Shown here in pieces: positions 1 to 12,612 of a DNA stretch of 64,000 nt. Made by a program: the position numbers and the translations under genes. Position 1 is the stretch's first letter. Each line of letters starts with the position of its first letter. This stretch comes from Hemiscyllium ocellatum (Eukaryota): NCBI RefSeq assembly GCF_020745735.1, contig NC_083415.1, positions 38,120,964 to 38,184,963 of the forward strand, written 5' to 3'. The notes under the pieces were generated by a model that worked only from the letters and a program-made list of their open reading frames with translations, made no database searches and was not told the origin of the DNA.

Positions 1-1213
1 TATTCTGCTCCTATTTTCTCTGTGTCTATGTCTCTGTGAGCAATCACTGATTTTTAAATTGAAACAGGAAGTTCTGGAAATAAAATTGAACAATTCTTGT
101 TAAACAATGCACAGGGACCACAGGCAAATCTCTGCTTTCTGTGACATCAAGTCTAATATGTATGTTTAAAGAAATCTCTACGGTATCTTTGAAATCTGTT
201 TTGTTTAGCTCAAGAAGGATTCACTTTAAAGTGCCTCATAACAAATACATTAAAGTTTGATTTGAAGAATTCAATAATGTGTTTTTAAATGTTATGAAAT
301 GTTAGCAAAAGTCTTTGAATAGTAAAGATGAGAAACTGAGTACTGGAGAAAACCTAAAGCTCCATGAGTAATAATTAGAATAATGCCTTCAGCATAACCA
401 CATGGCATCAGAGCATTTAAAAGCACCATTTATTCTTCAGAGTAAGTCAAATTTGCCCATTTGTCCAATCAGAAAGTGAACTCTGTTCAGAATAAATGTG
501 TCAATCTCATTTTTTTTACAATGTTTTTAAACTTTATTGCATTTCACATGCTGGTTTTTCAGATGCTGGAAAGTTGGAATTGCCAGATGCAAATTCACCA
601 ATATAAATGTTAATCTGGTGCCCACTTTCACACCAGCCTGCAGACTGTTAAAAAACAAATGACTTAGCATAACAAAGGAAAGAGTCTGAAACAAAAACAG
701 AAATTGCTCAAAAGCTCAGCAAGTCCGGTAGCATCTGTGAAGTAGAATCAACATTTTGTCTCAAGGAAAGAGTTCATGGTTGGTCAACTGGGTATCTCCA
801 CACATAAGCCTCGCTGAAACTCATCAACAACAGCTGAAATCACAGAATACTTTTAATCATTACCAAGTTATGAAAGGTATCAGCTGTTCTTTTATTCACA
901 ACTAAAGCCACATTTCCAAAATGCATCATGTACATGAATGTAAGATGATAAGCATTGAATGTAAAAGTGGCCCACCATTCTGGTATTTTTACCACAAACA
1001 TTTCAGAAAGGTAAGATTTTAGAGCTGTCCAATGGTTATTATATCAAAATATGGCTAATACCAAAGTTGTGCAGATTGATCCTGATCTACCTTTCCACAT
1101 TGAAGATGCAGGTCTGACTTCTTGACAGGTTACTAAGTTTAAAATCTGATTGAAGATTTGTAGCTCGGGTATCCATTGTTGTGGTTCTGCTCGCCGAGCT
1201 GGAAGTTTTTGCT

Positions 1214-1253
1214 GCAAACGTTTCGTTCCCTGGCTAGGGAACATCATCAGTGC
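1214..1253 (-). ncRNA. Minimal type I hammerhead ribozyme motif (mirror copy)
   Basis: Exact reverse complement of 1757-1796. Confidence 0.85.
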
Positions 1254-1756
1254 TGTTGGAGCCTCGTGTGAAGCGCTGCTTTGATGTTTCTTCCGGTATT
1301 TATATTGGTTTGTTCTTGCCGCTTCCGGGTGTCAGTTTCAGCTGCAGTGATTTGTATGTGGGGTCCAGGTCGATGTGTCTGTTGATGGACGTTCTTACCG
1401 TTTCCGGGTGTCAGTTTCAGCTGTAGTGGTTTGTATATGGTGTCCAGGTCAATGTGTCTGTTAATGGAGTTTGTGGATGAATGCCATGCTTCTAGGAGAA
1501 CAGCCAGAGAATTCCTAGAAGCATGGCATTCATCCACAAACTCCATTAACAGACACATTGACCTGGACACCATATACAAACCACTACAGCTGAAACTGAC
1601 ACCCGGAAACGGTAAGAACGTCCATCAACAGACACATCGACCTGGACCCCACATACAAATAACTGCAGCTGAAACTGACACCCGGAAGTGGCAAGAACAA
1701 ACCAATATAAATACCGGAAGAAACATCAAAGCAGTGCTTCACACGAGGCTCCAACA

Positions 1757-1796
1757 GCACTGATGATGTTCCCTAGCCAGGGAACGAAACGTTTGC
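1757..1796 (+). ncRNA. Minimal type I hammerhead ribozyme motif
   Basis: GCA-CTGATGA-T-GTTCCCT-agcc-AGGGAAC-GAAA-CG-TT-TGC; 7-bp stem II, 3-bp stem I, palindromic ACGT helix III. Confidence 0.85.
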
Positions 1797-2010
1797 AGCA
1801 AAAACTTCCAGCTCGGCGAGCAGAACCACAACAGGTTACTAAGTGGTATTCTTTAGGATATTACAAGTTGAAAATGTAAATCAATGCTTAAAATGTTGAT
1901 ACTAACTTGGAAAGCAGCAGTATTAAGGAATGTGAATAAAGATCAAGTGATTTGTGAGAAGAACAGCATTAACATGATAACTCAGTAGACTAAAGCTCTG
2001 CTTTCATGTT

Positions 2011-2316
2011 GATTAGATTAGATTACTTACAGTGTGGAAACAGGCCCTTCGGCCCAACAAGTCCACACCGACCCGCAACCCACTCATACCCCTACATTTA
2101 CCCCTTACCTAACACTACGGATAATTTAGCATGGTCAATTCACCTGACCCGCACATCTTTGGATTGTGGGGGAAACCAGAGAACCCGGAGGAAACTCACG
2201 CAGACACGGGGAGAACGTGCAAACTCCACACAGTCAATTGCCTGAGGCAGGAATTGAACCCAGGTCTCTGGCGCTGTGAGGCAGCAGTGCTAACCACTGA
2301 GCCACCGTGCTGCCCA
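2011..2316 (-). mobile_element. HE1-like tRNA-derived V-SINE
   Basis: Minus strand: gggcagcacggtggctcagtggttagc (A box), ggttcaattcc (B box), tgtgtggagtttgcacgttctccccgtgtctgcgtg central domain, CR1-like 3' tail with (tctaa)n. Confidence 0.85.
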
Positions 2317-2427
2317 CGGTGCCTATGGATATAGAGTCATTTATTTCTACACATTGTCAGTGCAAATTTCCCATAAGGCAAACCTTGCAACAACCAAATG
2401 TAAACCGACTAATGTTATGGTCTGGTT

Positions 2428-2553
2428 GATTTAAGAAGGGTTACACCCAAAATGTTGACTTCTCCACCTACTGATGTTGCCTGGCTTGCTGTGTTCTTCC
2501 AGCACCCTTTGTGTCTATCTTGAATAAAGCATCTGCAATTTATTTTTGTCTCT
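2428..2553 (+). mobile_element. Decayed PLE terminal repeat with eroded HHR
   Basis: aagaagggttacacccaaaatgttgac..gcatctgca; same family as 48630-48945. Confidence 0.6.
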
Positions 2554-2807
2554 GGTCAATATAAAGCAGGCATATTTATCTAAACAATCAAAAAGAAAAT
2601 ACTGGTCAGTTATTCCAAGTGTCATGAGGCCCTTCTGTAAACCTTTAGCAGGCAATTTTAGGTGATAGTTTAGGAATTAATGTACTAGTGGAACCATAAG
2701 TACCCAATACATTTAACACAAGTTTAAAATAAGTTGCAAAAATACTAGGGGACTGGCAAGATCTTTTCCATTCAGTGAGATGATATAATTTGCAGCTCAC
2801 TAAGATT

Positions 2808-3718
2808 CCTTTGACAGAGATGACACCAAAATTGGAGGTGGCATGGTCAGCAAAGAAGATTACCTCAGAGTACAATGGGATCTTGATCAGTTGCGCTAAT
2901 GGGCTGAGGAGAGGCAGATGAATCTTAATTTAGATAAATGTGAGGTGCTGCATTTTGAAAAGGCAAATCAGAGAAAGACTTACACACAAAGGTAAAGCCC
3001 TGAATGTTGCTGAAAAATAAGGACCTTGGATTGCAGATTCATAGTTCCTTGAAAGTGGATTGGCAGGTAGATAGGTGAAGGAGGTATGCTTTCCTTTATT
3101 GGACAGAGCATTGAGTATAGGTGTCAGAAGGTCATGTTGTGACTGTATGGGACATTGGTTAGGTCACATTTGGGATATTGTGTACAATTCTTGTCACCCT
3201 TCTATCAGAAGGATGTTGTGAAACTTGAAAGGGTTCAGAAAAGATTTACAAGGATGTTGTCAGAGTTGAGCTACAGGAAGAGGCTGAATAGGCTGGGGCT
3301 GCTTTCCCTGGAGCATCGGAGGTTGAGAGGTGACCATATAGAGGCTTATAAAATCATGAGGGACATGGATATGGTAAACAGACAAGGTCTTTTCTCTGGA
3401 GTTGGGGAGTCCAGAACTAGAGGGCATAGGATTAAGGTAAGAGGGGAAAAATTTAAAAGAGACCTAAGGGGCAACATTTTCACGCAGAGGGTGGTGTTTG
3501 TATGGAATGAGATGACAAAGGAAATGGTGGAGGGTGGTGCAATCACAACAGTTGAAAGGTAGCTGGATGGGTATATGAATAGGAGGATTTTGAGGGATAT
3601 GGGCCTAGTGCTGGCAAATGGGACTCGATTAGGTTAGGATAGCTGGTTGGCATGGACGAGTTGGACCAAAGGGTCCGTTTCCATGCTGTACATCTCTTTG
3701 AATCTGTGACTCTATGAC
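2808..3718 (+). mobile_element. CR1 LINE 3' fragment
   Basis: YCVQFLSP..LERVQKRFTRML..RRLRGD..FTQRVV C-terminal motifs; gactctat tail. Confidence 0.9.
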
Positions 3719-3789
3719 AGCAACTTCCAAATCTGCAACTTCTCCTATCTAGAAGTTAACTATTATTAATTTATTCTCTCTCTGTCTAT

Positions 3790-4055
3790 CTAGAAGCACG
3801 AAGATCATAGATGGATGGGAACACCACCATCTCCAAGCTGCCTTTCAAGATACAGATCTTCCTGACTTAGAACTATATTGTCATTCTTTCAGTCGCTGAA
3901 TCAAAAACCTAAAATTTCCTCTCAATTGTGTGAGTACCTACAGATTGGACTACAACAGTTTTAAAAGGTTGGCTCACCATTGCCTTTTCAAGGGATGGGA
4001 AATGAAATGCAGGCTTAGTCAGTGGCTGCCACAGCAGGTGAACAAATAAAATAAA
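3790..4055 (+). mobile_element. Old LINE/SINE 3'-tail family fragment (related copies ~7975-8340 -, ~26835-27340 -, ~58890-59040 +)
   Basis: Shared gcagcagttt..gctcaccaccacctt..aataaatg..gccagtga 3' motif among copies. Confidence 0.5.
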
Positions 4056-4868
4056 TGCTGATCCTGTCAGCGAAAGTCATACCCTGTGACAGAATTCTGA
4101 AAACTCTGGATGACACTGCCAGAAAGCATAATATCAATAAATTCAACAATAAATTTCATGAGGATATTGAATATATATTTGAAAAAATATTTTTGCAGGG
4201 CTATAGGAAAGAACAGGACTAATTTGAAAGCTTTTTTTTCAAAGAGCTCGTCTGAAATGCTAAGCCAAATAGAATTTTGATCTGGGAAAGAGACTAAAGG
4301 GAGGGCTCTAACATTGCACACCCTTCCCACAGAGTCTGCACCAAACCCTCAGCATGGGTGGTTTGGAGGAGGCTGGGAAGATAACATTACCAAAATTCTC
4401 AAAACCAATCATAATCTGCCTCCAACATGCTCCTTTAGAGTTCAACAAAAATGCATTTTGGGTGCATGCAAGTCTTCTGCTTATCAGGGACAGGTCACTC
4501 ATAACCATATGCTAATAAAGTTTATTTGACGAGATTTTACCAGGGATTTAAAAATACATTTGCCCAGCAGTTTAGGAAACTGATCAGTGAAACTGAGGAA
4601 AGAGTGAATGGTACTCCTTGAGATGCTTAAAATTCAGATTCACCAATATGAAAAGATGCTTTTACAGTTGCTTTTGCAGTTCTCCTCTGGTAAACATTTT
4701 GTTGAGAATGTGTGTTGACACACATGTAGTTTGGAAGCTTTCAACAGTCAAGATTAGGAAGGAAGGGTGCATTGGGTGACTTCCATTTAAATTATGAAGT
4801 TTGAAAGGAATGTAATCACCATTAGCAGTTAGGTTGTTGTGATAGTCCCTTAAGGAGCCCAAATAAAG

Positions 4869-6315
4869 TGAGGTGCTGGAAGACTGGAGGTTGGCTAATG
4901 TGGTGCCACTGTTTAAGAAGAGTGGTAAGGACAAGCCAGGGAACTATAGATCAGTGAGCCTGACATCAGTGGTGGGCAGATTGCTGGAGGGAATCCTGAG
5001 GGATAGGATGTACATGTATTTGGAAAGGCAAGGACTGATTTGGATAGTCAACGTGGCTTTGTGCGTGGGAAATCATGTCTCACAAACTTGATTGAGTTTT
5101 TTTGAAGAAGTAACAAAGAGGATTGATGAGGGCAGAGCAGTAGATGTGTTCTATATGGATTTCAGTAAGGCGTTTGACAAGGTTCCCCATGGGAGACTGA
5201 TTAGCAAGGTTAGATCTCATGGAGTACAAGGAGAACTAGCCATTTGGATACAGAACTGGATCAAAGGTAGAAGACAAAGGGTGGTGGTGGAGAGTTGTTT
5301 TTCAGACTGGAGGCCTGTGACCAGTGGAGTGCCACAAGGATCAGTGCTGGGCCCTCTACTTTTTGTCATTTACATAAATGATTTGGATGCGAGCGCAAGA
5401 GGTACAGTTAGTAAGTTTGCAGAAGACACCGAAATTGGAGGTGTAGTGGACAGCGAAGAGGGTTACCTCCGATTACAACAGGATCTTGACCAGATGGGCC
5501 AATGGGCTGAGAAGTGGCAGATGGAGTTTAATTCAGATAAATGCGAGGTGCTGCATTTTGGGAAAGCAAATCTTAGCAGGATTTAAACACTTAATGGTAA
5601 GTTCCTAGGGACTGTTGCTGAACAAAGAGACCTTGGAGTGCAGGTTCATAGCTTCTTGAAAATGGAGTTGCAGGTAGAAAAGATAGTGAAGAAGGCGTTT
5701 GGTATGCTTTCCTTTATTGGTCAGAGTATTGAGTACAGGAGTTGGGAGGTCATGTTGCAGCTGTACAGGACATTGCTAGAATATTGTATGCAATTCTGGT
5801 CTCTTTCCTATCGGAAAGATGTTGTGAAACTTGAAAGGGTTCAGAAAAGATTTACGAGGATGTTGCCAGGGTTGAAGGATTTGAGCTATAGGAAAGGCTG
5901 AATAGACTGGGGCTGTTTTCACTGGAGTGTCAGAGGCTGAGGGGTGAGATTTACAAAATTAGGGGCATGGAGGGTAACAGGCAAAGTCTTTTCCCTGGGG
6001 TCGGGGAGTCCAGAACTAGAGGGCATAGGTTTAGGGTGAGAGGGGAAAGATATTAAAGGGACCTAAGGGACAACTTTTTCATGCAGAGGGTGGTACGCAT
6101 ATGGAATGAGCTGCCAGAGGAAGTGGTGTAGGCTGGTACAATTGCAACATTTAAGAGACATTTGGATGGGTATATGAATAGAAAGGGTTTGGAGGGATAT
6201 GGGCCGGGTGCTGGCAGGTGGGACTAGATTGCGTTGGAATATCTGGTCGGCATGGACGAGTTTGACCAAAGGGGCTGTTTCCATGCTGTACATCTCTACG
6301 ACTCTATGACTCTAT
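4869..6315 (+). mobile_element. CR1 LINE 5'-truncated (RT domain to 3' end), frameshifted
   Basis: NYRSVSLTS, DFSKAFDKVPH, GVPQGSVLGPLLF, FAEDT; (gactctat)n tail. Confidence 0.95.
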
Positions 6316-6442
6316 AACAGCAGAAAAGATCAAAACAGAAGGACTGAAGTAGCAACAGGCACAACCAATGTCGCAGGTTAGTACATGCAGTGAGTTGGCT
6401 TTTTGACCTATTTGAAGAGCGGTGCCCTGACAGGCTAATCAT

Positions 6443-6577
6443 GACTTGGAGAAGCCAGTGTTGGACTGGGGTGGACAAAGTTAAAAATCACACGACACCA
6501 GGTTATAGTCCAACAAGTTTATTTGGTGGTATTAGCTTTCGAAGTGCTGCTTCTTCATCAGGACCACCTGATGAAGG
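6443..6577 (-). mobile_element. PLE terminal repeat with HHR (AGCT helix III family) and start of an inverted copy
   Basis: Minus strand CTGATGA-A-GAAG..CTTC-GAAA-GC-TA (~6530-6563), then cacctgatgaagg on +; same family as 21596-21760. Confidence 0.75.
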
Positions 6578-8349
6578 CTAAGATTGACATAGCAGGTGGT
6601 AGCATATATCTACATTCTCCTAGAAGAAAAATTCCTTGCTACTGGAGCTGGTGATCACATATTACCAGCAGCTGTCAAAAACCCAAATGATCTCAATTTC
6701 TTAGCTTGTGCTTCTTTCCAGGACGTCAGCTGATACATAGAGAGGTCTCACTTGGCTGCACGTAAATGCAGAAGGTAAGTCACAGGTCCAATACTTTCCA
6801 GGCTATTAACTTAAGTCAACTTTTCCTATGCTGACAGTAACCAAAACGATTAGTAGTTGGTTTGCAGTCCCAAGTGGCTTCTCACACGTATGGAGTGTAA
6901 TCAACTGCACACATTACAAATGGAAGACCACAGTGCAAGTTGGAATTAAAGTACTTAAAAGTATTCAGTAGACGATGGAAGGCTGAAAAACATATTCACT
7001 TCATTGGATCAAAGCAAAAATTAAAACTGAGGAATAATTTATTTAGAAGTCAGTTTGAAGACAGCTCAGAGCAGGTTTCATTGGCATGGGGGTGAGTGGA
7101 ACCGAGAGAAGGCTCTCTGGTTTCAGTGTGTTTGTGTGTTTGCTGGGAGAGACTTTTAGTTGCACTTTGGACTTCGTGTGGTTTGCAGTTCACCAAGAGA
7201 AATTTTCCGAAATAAATGCCAGTTAGGCAGTCTTGCATTAGATAGACCAGCACTGTAAGCAGACTAAAACTCTTAACTTTGTCAGTGACTGTATGGAATG
7301 CAGTTGAGGTTGAATCTCAATTTGAATTTTCTGATGAACAGAGGTCATCAGAAGAGTCTACTTTGAAGCGAGTGGGAGAATCTCTGGTGGTTTCACAGTA
7401 TCTTACTGAAAAAGAAAACAACCAGCAGAGTAGGTGGGAGAGATTGAAAATGTAGCCAGGAAAAGGGACTGTGACATCCACAGTCAAGAGAAAATAAATG
7501 TCAATTTACCTTTGAGAACAACTTTTCACTGAAGAGAATTCTCCATTTCACTGCGACATACTTATGAGTGGTCATGATACAAGCAAATACTAATTTGCCT
7601 TACAAGGGATTTCTTGGGGAAAGTAAGAATTGAACCTCAAAGCAAAACACGTTTTGTTAAAAACCACTTTAACGGTGACTTTTTGTATAATTATCTTACA
7701 GAGAAAAAAGTTTGTTTTAAAAATAAGTGAAATGTTGTGATATAGTTCTATTGGTCAAAACAAATTATTTAAATTTACTTTTAAATGTTAACAGTCCCTA
7801 ATGTAACTTTTTGGAGTTAAAGCAGCATGTTGAGTATTTGAGTAGGTGATTAATGGTGATAGCAGGAGGTTGTTTTGACTATTTCCATGTTCCTTGTCAT
7901 CTCTCTCTTGTGCAAGGATTGCACCACTGCAAATACTCATCTCATTGCAGCTTGTTGCAGAGCAGTGACACTTTTTAAGAAATATTTGTTAATGTGATGT
8001 GGGTATCACTGGTTGGGACAGGATTTATTGCCTGTCCTTCGATCAGAAGACAGTTAAGCATCAACCACATTACTGTGGGTCCGGAGACACATGTAGGTCA
8101 GGCCAGGTAAGGATGACAGATTCTTTTCTCTAAAGGACATTAGTGAACCAGATGGGTTTTTACAACAATTTAAAATAGTTACATGGTCATCGTTAGACAA
8201 GTTTTTTTAGTCCAGATTTTTATTCAATGCAAATTTCACCATCTGCCATGGTGAGATTTAAACCTATATCCCCCAAACATAACCTAAAGTTCAGAATTGT
8301 TAGTCTAGTGGCATTACACTACACCACCACCTCACCAAGGATAAAACAT

Positions 8350-9400
8350 TTGACACACTCTTTAAATCTGGTGATATCTGCTATAAAGGTGAGGTCATGG
8401 TTTGCAGAGACTCATCTGAGAGCATTGCCTGAACTTCTATGGAAGTGGCCACCCAGTTCAAGACAAACATGTTGCAGAAATTGAGGCACCTGTCCATTAG
8501 GTTTAGAGTAGGCCTTCTCGATTTCCATAGCTATACTGAATTATGGCATAGCATGTGTCAGTTCCTTCCAAAGTTACAGCTGTCCTTTCATCATCTTCCT
8601 CTACAATGATGGCCTTTGAGCTTTAACATCTGCACTAGCTGAGCAAAGCTTGAAGAGGAGCCCGTTCCCACTATGTGGCTCTCTACAGCTGTCTGTCTCA
8701 CCAGGGTCTGTGAACTTACTTTTAATTTGTGAACCATTTGGTGAATCCTGACTTCCTGTTTAACTGGACCCACATATGCTGAAGCTTTCTTGTAATCCTC
8801 TAAGCTGCTCTGAGGAATTGTCATCAGGCATGTTCAAAGGTCGTTGTTTCATGGCTGTAGTTTCTGAAAGACAGAAGAAACAGATCTGCATTAGTCCTGA
8901 CAAAGGACTAATGCAGATACAATTTTGCCACAGGTTTCTCATAGGCCTGTCATTTAAGAAATAAAGTCAACATGTGTCAGAGATATTTTTAATTCTGTCA
9001 CCAGTCAAGTACTCGTTCCCAGTCTCTCCATCTCGGATTACCAGACATGCAGAGGTACCACTTATCTCCATGGCTTCCTCCTCTGCATCTGTCAGCTGCA
9101 CAGTTTGTGACTACCCACCTCCAGTTCCACTGCTTTGTGCTTCCTTTGACCGTGAATGAATGAAAAAGGGCTATTAACCTTGTGGATGCAAGGTATTTGC
9201 TAAGAGATAGATGCATCACACCACATAAACATTTGGTGAGTGGTGAGATGGATAGATAAATGCGGAGGACAAGGAGTTATATAAAAAGTGAATCCCGAAT
9301 GGTCTTGAAAAGTTTGAGATGTGATGTGATGGAGTAGCTCAACAGAGTTTGGCAGTGATAGTGAAGTTGGTCATCATATATTATAGGCTATATGTGTATC
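8350..9400 (-). mobile_element. Decayed PIF/Harbinger Myb/SANT-like gene remnant
   Basis: Minus strand ~9150-9060 translates GTGGG*SQTVQLTDAEEEAMEIS, matching the recalled post-Myb TGGG..LT.EE motif of Harbinger accessory proteins. Confidence 0.5.
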
Positions 9401-9524
9401 AGCAACATACGTTGCTTTCTTGTCCTGCTTATAGTATCAAACTGCTTCCTCCACTGTATCCAAGAACGGGATGCAACTAACCCACTTCTTTGACCTTCTC
9501 AGCACTACTGACCATGCATTTTTT

Positions 9525-10610
9525 ATAGCAACGGAGTGGTTAAGTGTGGAAAGAGGCCCTTCGGCCCATCATGTCTGCACTGTAATTAAGCATCCATCTA
9601 CTCTAGTCCCATCTTCTAGCAATTGGCCCATAGTCCAGTATACTATGGCATTTCAAGCATTGATGTAATTACTTCTTAATTGTCGTGCTGGTTCCCACCT
9701 TTACCAGCCTTGCAGACAATGAGTTCCAGATACCCTCTGGGTGAAAACATTTTTCATTAAATCCCCTCCCATTCTCCAACCCATTGTCTTAAACCTATGC
9801 CCCCAATTATTGACCTCTCCATTAATGAGAAAGGTTCCTTCCTGTCTACTGTTATGGACCCTCATAATTTTGAAAACCTCAATCAGGTCCTCCCCTCAGC
9901 CTTCCCTACTCAAAAGAAAACAACCCCTAGACACTCTTCATAGCAAAAGCTCCAGCCTGAACAACATTATGGTGAACTTCTCCTGCACCTACTCCAATGG
10001 AATCATATCCTCCCTGATGTGTGGTGAGCAGAACTGCACAAGGAACTCCAGCAGTAGTCTAGCTTATGTCTTTTGGAGTTCAACCATAACAATCCTACTC
10101 TTGTATTCAATGCTGTGATTAATAAAAGCAAATATCCCATTTGTCTTCTTAAAAACCCGCCCTGTTGCCTTCAAGGATTTGTAGACATGCTCACCAAAGT
10201 CTCTCTCATTCTCGTTATTTTGTACTATTCATTTTATACTTCTTTGCCATATTAGTCCTCTTGAAATGCATCACTCCTGCATCGCTTTACAGGATTAAAT
10301 TCCAGTTGTTATTGTTCTGCCCATCTGACCAACCTGCCTACATTGTCCTGTAATCTAAGGTTTTCCTTCTTGCTATTTTAACACATGACCAATTTTCATG
10401 TAATCTACAAACTAAGAGATCAAACCTCTTACATTCAAGCCTAGATCATTAATGTTCACTACAAACAATAAGAGTCCCAGTACCAAACCCTGCAAGACTC
10501 ACTGGACACAGACTTCCTGTCGCAACAGCAAACTTAGCCCATCACCCTCTGCACCCTGCCACTAAGCAAGTTGTGAATCTAATTTGCCAAATTGCCCTAG
10601 ATTCCATCGA
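9525..10610 (-). mobile_element. Old CR1 LINE 3' fragment
   Basis: ggcccttcggcccatc 3'UTR and degraded RT C-terminal sequence on minus strand. Confidence 0.75.
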
Positions 10611-10613
10611 TTG

Positions 10614-11140
10614 GATATGAGTTTTCTTGCTGAGTTGGAAGGCTTTTTTCAGACGTTTCGTCTCCATGCTAGGTAATATCATCAGTGAACCTTCAGTGAA
10701 ACACTGATGTTATGACCAGCTTTTCATTTATGTATTTAGGTGATGTCATTTCCTGTTATTTTTCTCAGAGAGTGGTAAATGGGGTCCAAGTTGATGTGTT
10801 TGTTGATAGAGTTCCAGTTGGAATGCCATGCTTCTAGGAATTCTCATACATGTCTCTGTTTGGCTTGTCCTAGGATGGATGTGTTATCCCAGTCAAAGTG
10901 GTGTCCTTCTTCATCTATATGTAAGGATACTAGTCATAGTGGGTCATGTCTTTTGTGGCTAGTTGATATTTATGTATCCTGGTGGCTAGTTTTCTACCTG
11001 TTTCTCCAATGTAGTGTTTATTACAGTTCTTGCAAGGCATTTTGTAAATGACATTTGTTTTGTTTGTTGTCTGTATAGGATGTTTTAAATTCGTTAGCTG
11101 TTGTGGTTTGTGGGCTACCATGATGCCAAGAGGTCTGAGT
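10614..11140 (-). mobile_element. PLE (Poseidon-type) fragment: GIY-YIG endonuclease plus terminal repeat with eroded HHR (10649-10688)
   Basis: NVIYKMPCKNCNKHYIGETGRKLATRI GIY-YIG motif; TCA-CTGATGA..GAAACGTC-TGA on minus strand; homologous to 1177-1497. Confidence 0.9.
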
Positions 11141-11489
11141 TTCCTTCTTAATCATTCTCACATGCAAGACCTTGACAAAATCAAGTCTCTTCTTCATATC
11201 TTTGGGTAAAAATATGCTACTGTTCCTGCTCTCATCAAGGGGAGTCCTTATTAAATCTCAAAACTGGTCCTGATTGTCCTGAATAAATGACATAGACTGG
11301 TTGGACCAAATGGGGTATCATGTATTTTTTGCTGTATTCTATGAAATTCCATGTAACTCTTCTGATCTTCCTCTAAAATATCTAGTCTACTCCAAATTCA
11401 AATTTCTACTGGTTCTTCAACATTGGGGTTCAGACTAATTTCATGTGGGTGCAGATCATGCCCACTTGTAGCTTTAGAAGTAACATTGC

Positions 11490-11622
11490 GAGCATATGCT
11501 CATCATCAGAACATTCCTGATGATACTCTCCTGCTCCTCGGATGCTGCCTGACTGACTGTGATTTTCCAACACCACACTTTTTGAGTCTGATCTCTAGCA
11601 TCTGCAATCCTCACTTTTTCCT
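11490..11622 (+). mobile_element. Internally deleted copy of the short palindromic PLE/HHR element
   Basis: catcatcag..ttcctgatga..ctcctgctcctcggatgctgcctgac..gcatctgcaatcctcacttt; homologous to 60105-60306. Confidence 0.65.
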
Positions 11623-12399
11623 ACTTGTAGCTTTGATGAATGAAACTGAGAAGTACAGTTTTAACTAGGCAGCATATTTCAAGAGAGATTCCAGCCCATT
11701 CAATTTTCTTCAGGGATTAAAACGATTTATTGATTTACAATCTTTCTCTGGATATGCACTTTTTGGTGTAATTCACAAATTAGTACCTCACATTGTATCA
11801 ATATTATTAATCAGACATCAAACTTCCACTTTTAATGTCAATACTATGTATTATTGACTGTGAAGTCATTGAAATCTTCTGTCCCATTTTCACATTTTTA
11901 TTTACAGAGCATATTGTACAGTACATAAGAAACGCAGAGTAGAGAGTTTTGTTACAACTATATATCTTATATCAATCTCAGCTAACCACCACTTCAGCAT
12001 TTCTATTATCAAGTATTTACCTTTGAATTACATGCTCACACCATCAGCAGCTTTGTCCTAGGGGCTTATCTATTCAAGAAATTGAATTGATATCCTAAAA
12101 ATTATGACATGCAGGAGCCACTGCCGACAATGACAAGGCAAGTGGAAATAGCCGGCCATCCTCTTCCACATTACACAGTGAACACGGGCAGAGAATGTCA
12201 GCACGCAATGAAATGCAGGATTCTGTAGCCATTTCTAACTCAATGCGTTTTTGTTTCAAGTGCCACAATCAGTTGCAGGAATTATGGACAATTTCACCTT
12301 CCCAGCTAATCAAAAAACAATACCATTAAAATACCACTAAAGCTTATTGTATTCCTTTCACCTATTCAGCAGATGTGTATTTAGAAAAATAAGTTGTAT

Positions 12400-12600
12400 T
12401 TACATAGGTGCTTTGATGTTGTAGAATATTCCAATGAGCATTACAGGTACATTATCAGAGGAGATTTGACACTGAGATTGGCCACTTCTGAAATTATTCT
12501 CTAAATGGGTATTGACTTGTGGATTCTTCCCATCACTATAAAAATTTGAGATACTTGTCATCAAAATTTCACCTTCAAAGCTGCAAGTACCAAAGGTACG
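12400..12600 (-). mobile_element. Ancient DeuSINE/SacSINE1-like fragment (related ~27985-28180 +, ~39640-39905 +, ~49600-49790 -)
   Basis: tRNA-like head (ctctgagccagaaggtt..ggattcaaat) and L2-like tail (ctacattacaa..actgtaaagaactttggg..cctgagg), best seen in the 39640 copy. Confidence 0.45.
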
Positions 12601-12612
12601 AGATGAACGTTT

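Larger units (their letters stand above)
1139..1833. mobile_element. Penelope-like element (Poseidon-type) 3' end inserted as a fold-back palindrome, HHR on both strands
   Basis: 321-bp arms 1177-1497/1513-1833 with a 15-nt loop; encodes REFLEAWHS..NSINRHIDL (PLE endonuclease C-terminus); 38-nt tail 1139-1176; TSD acaggttactaagt at 1125-1138/1831-1844. Confidence 0.9.

Noticed and set aside
1247-1763. Mirror-image 110-aa ORFs on both strands
   Set aside because: By-product of the PLE palindrome; only the REFLEAWHS part is a real PLE C-terminus.
7050-7810. Possible old solo LTR
   Set aside because: No clear TG..CA ends, TSD or partner LTR.
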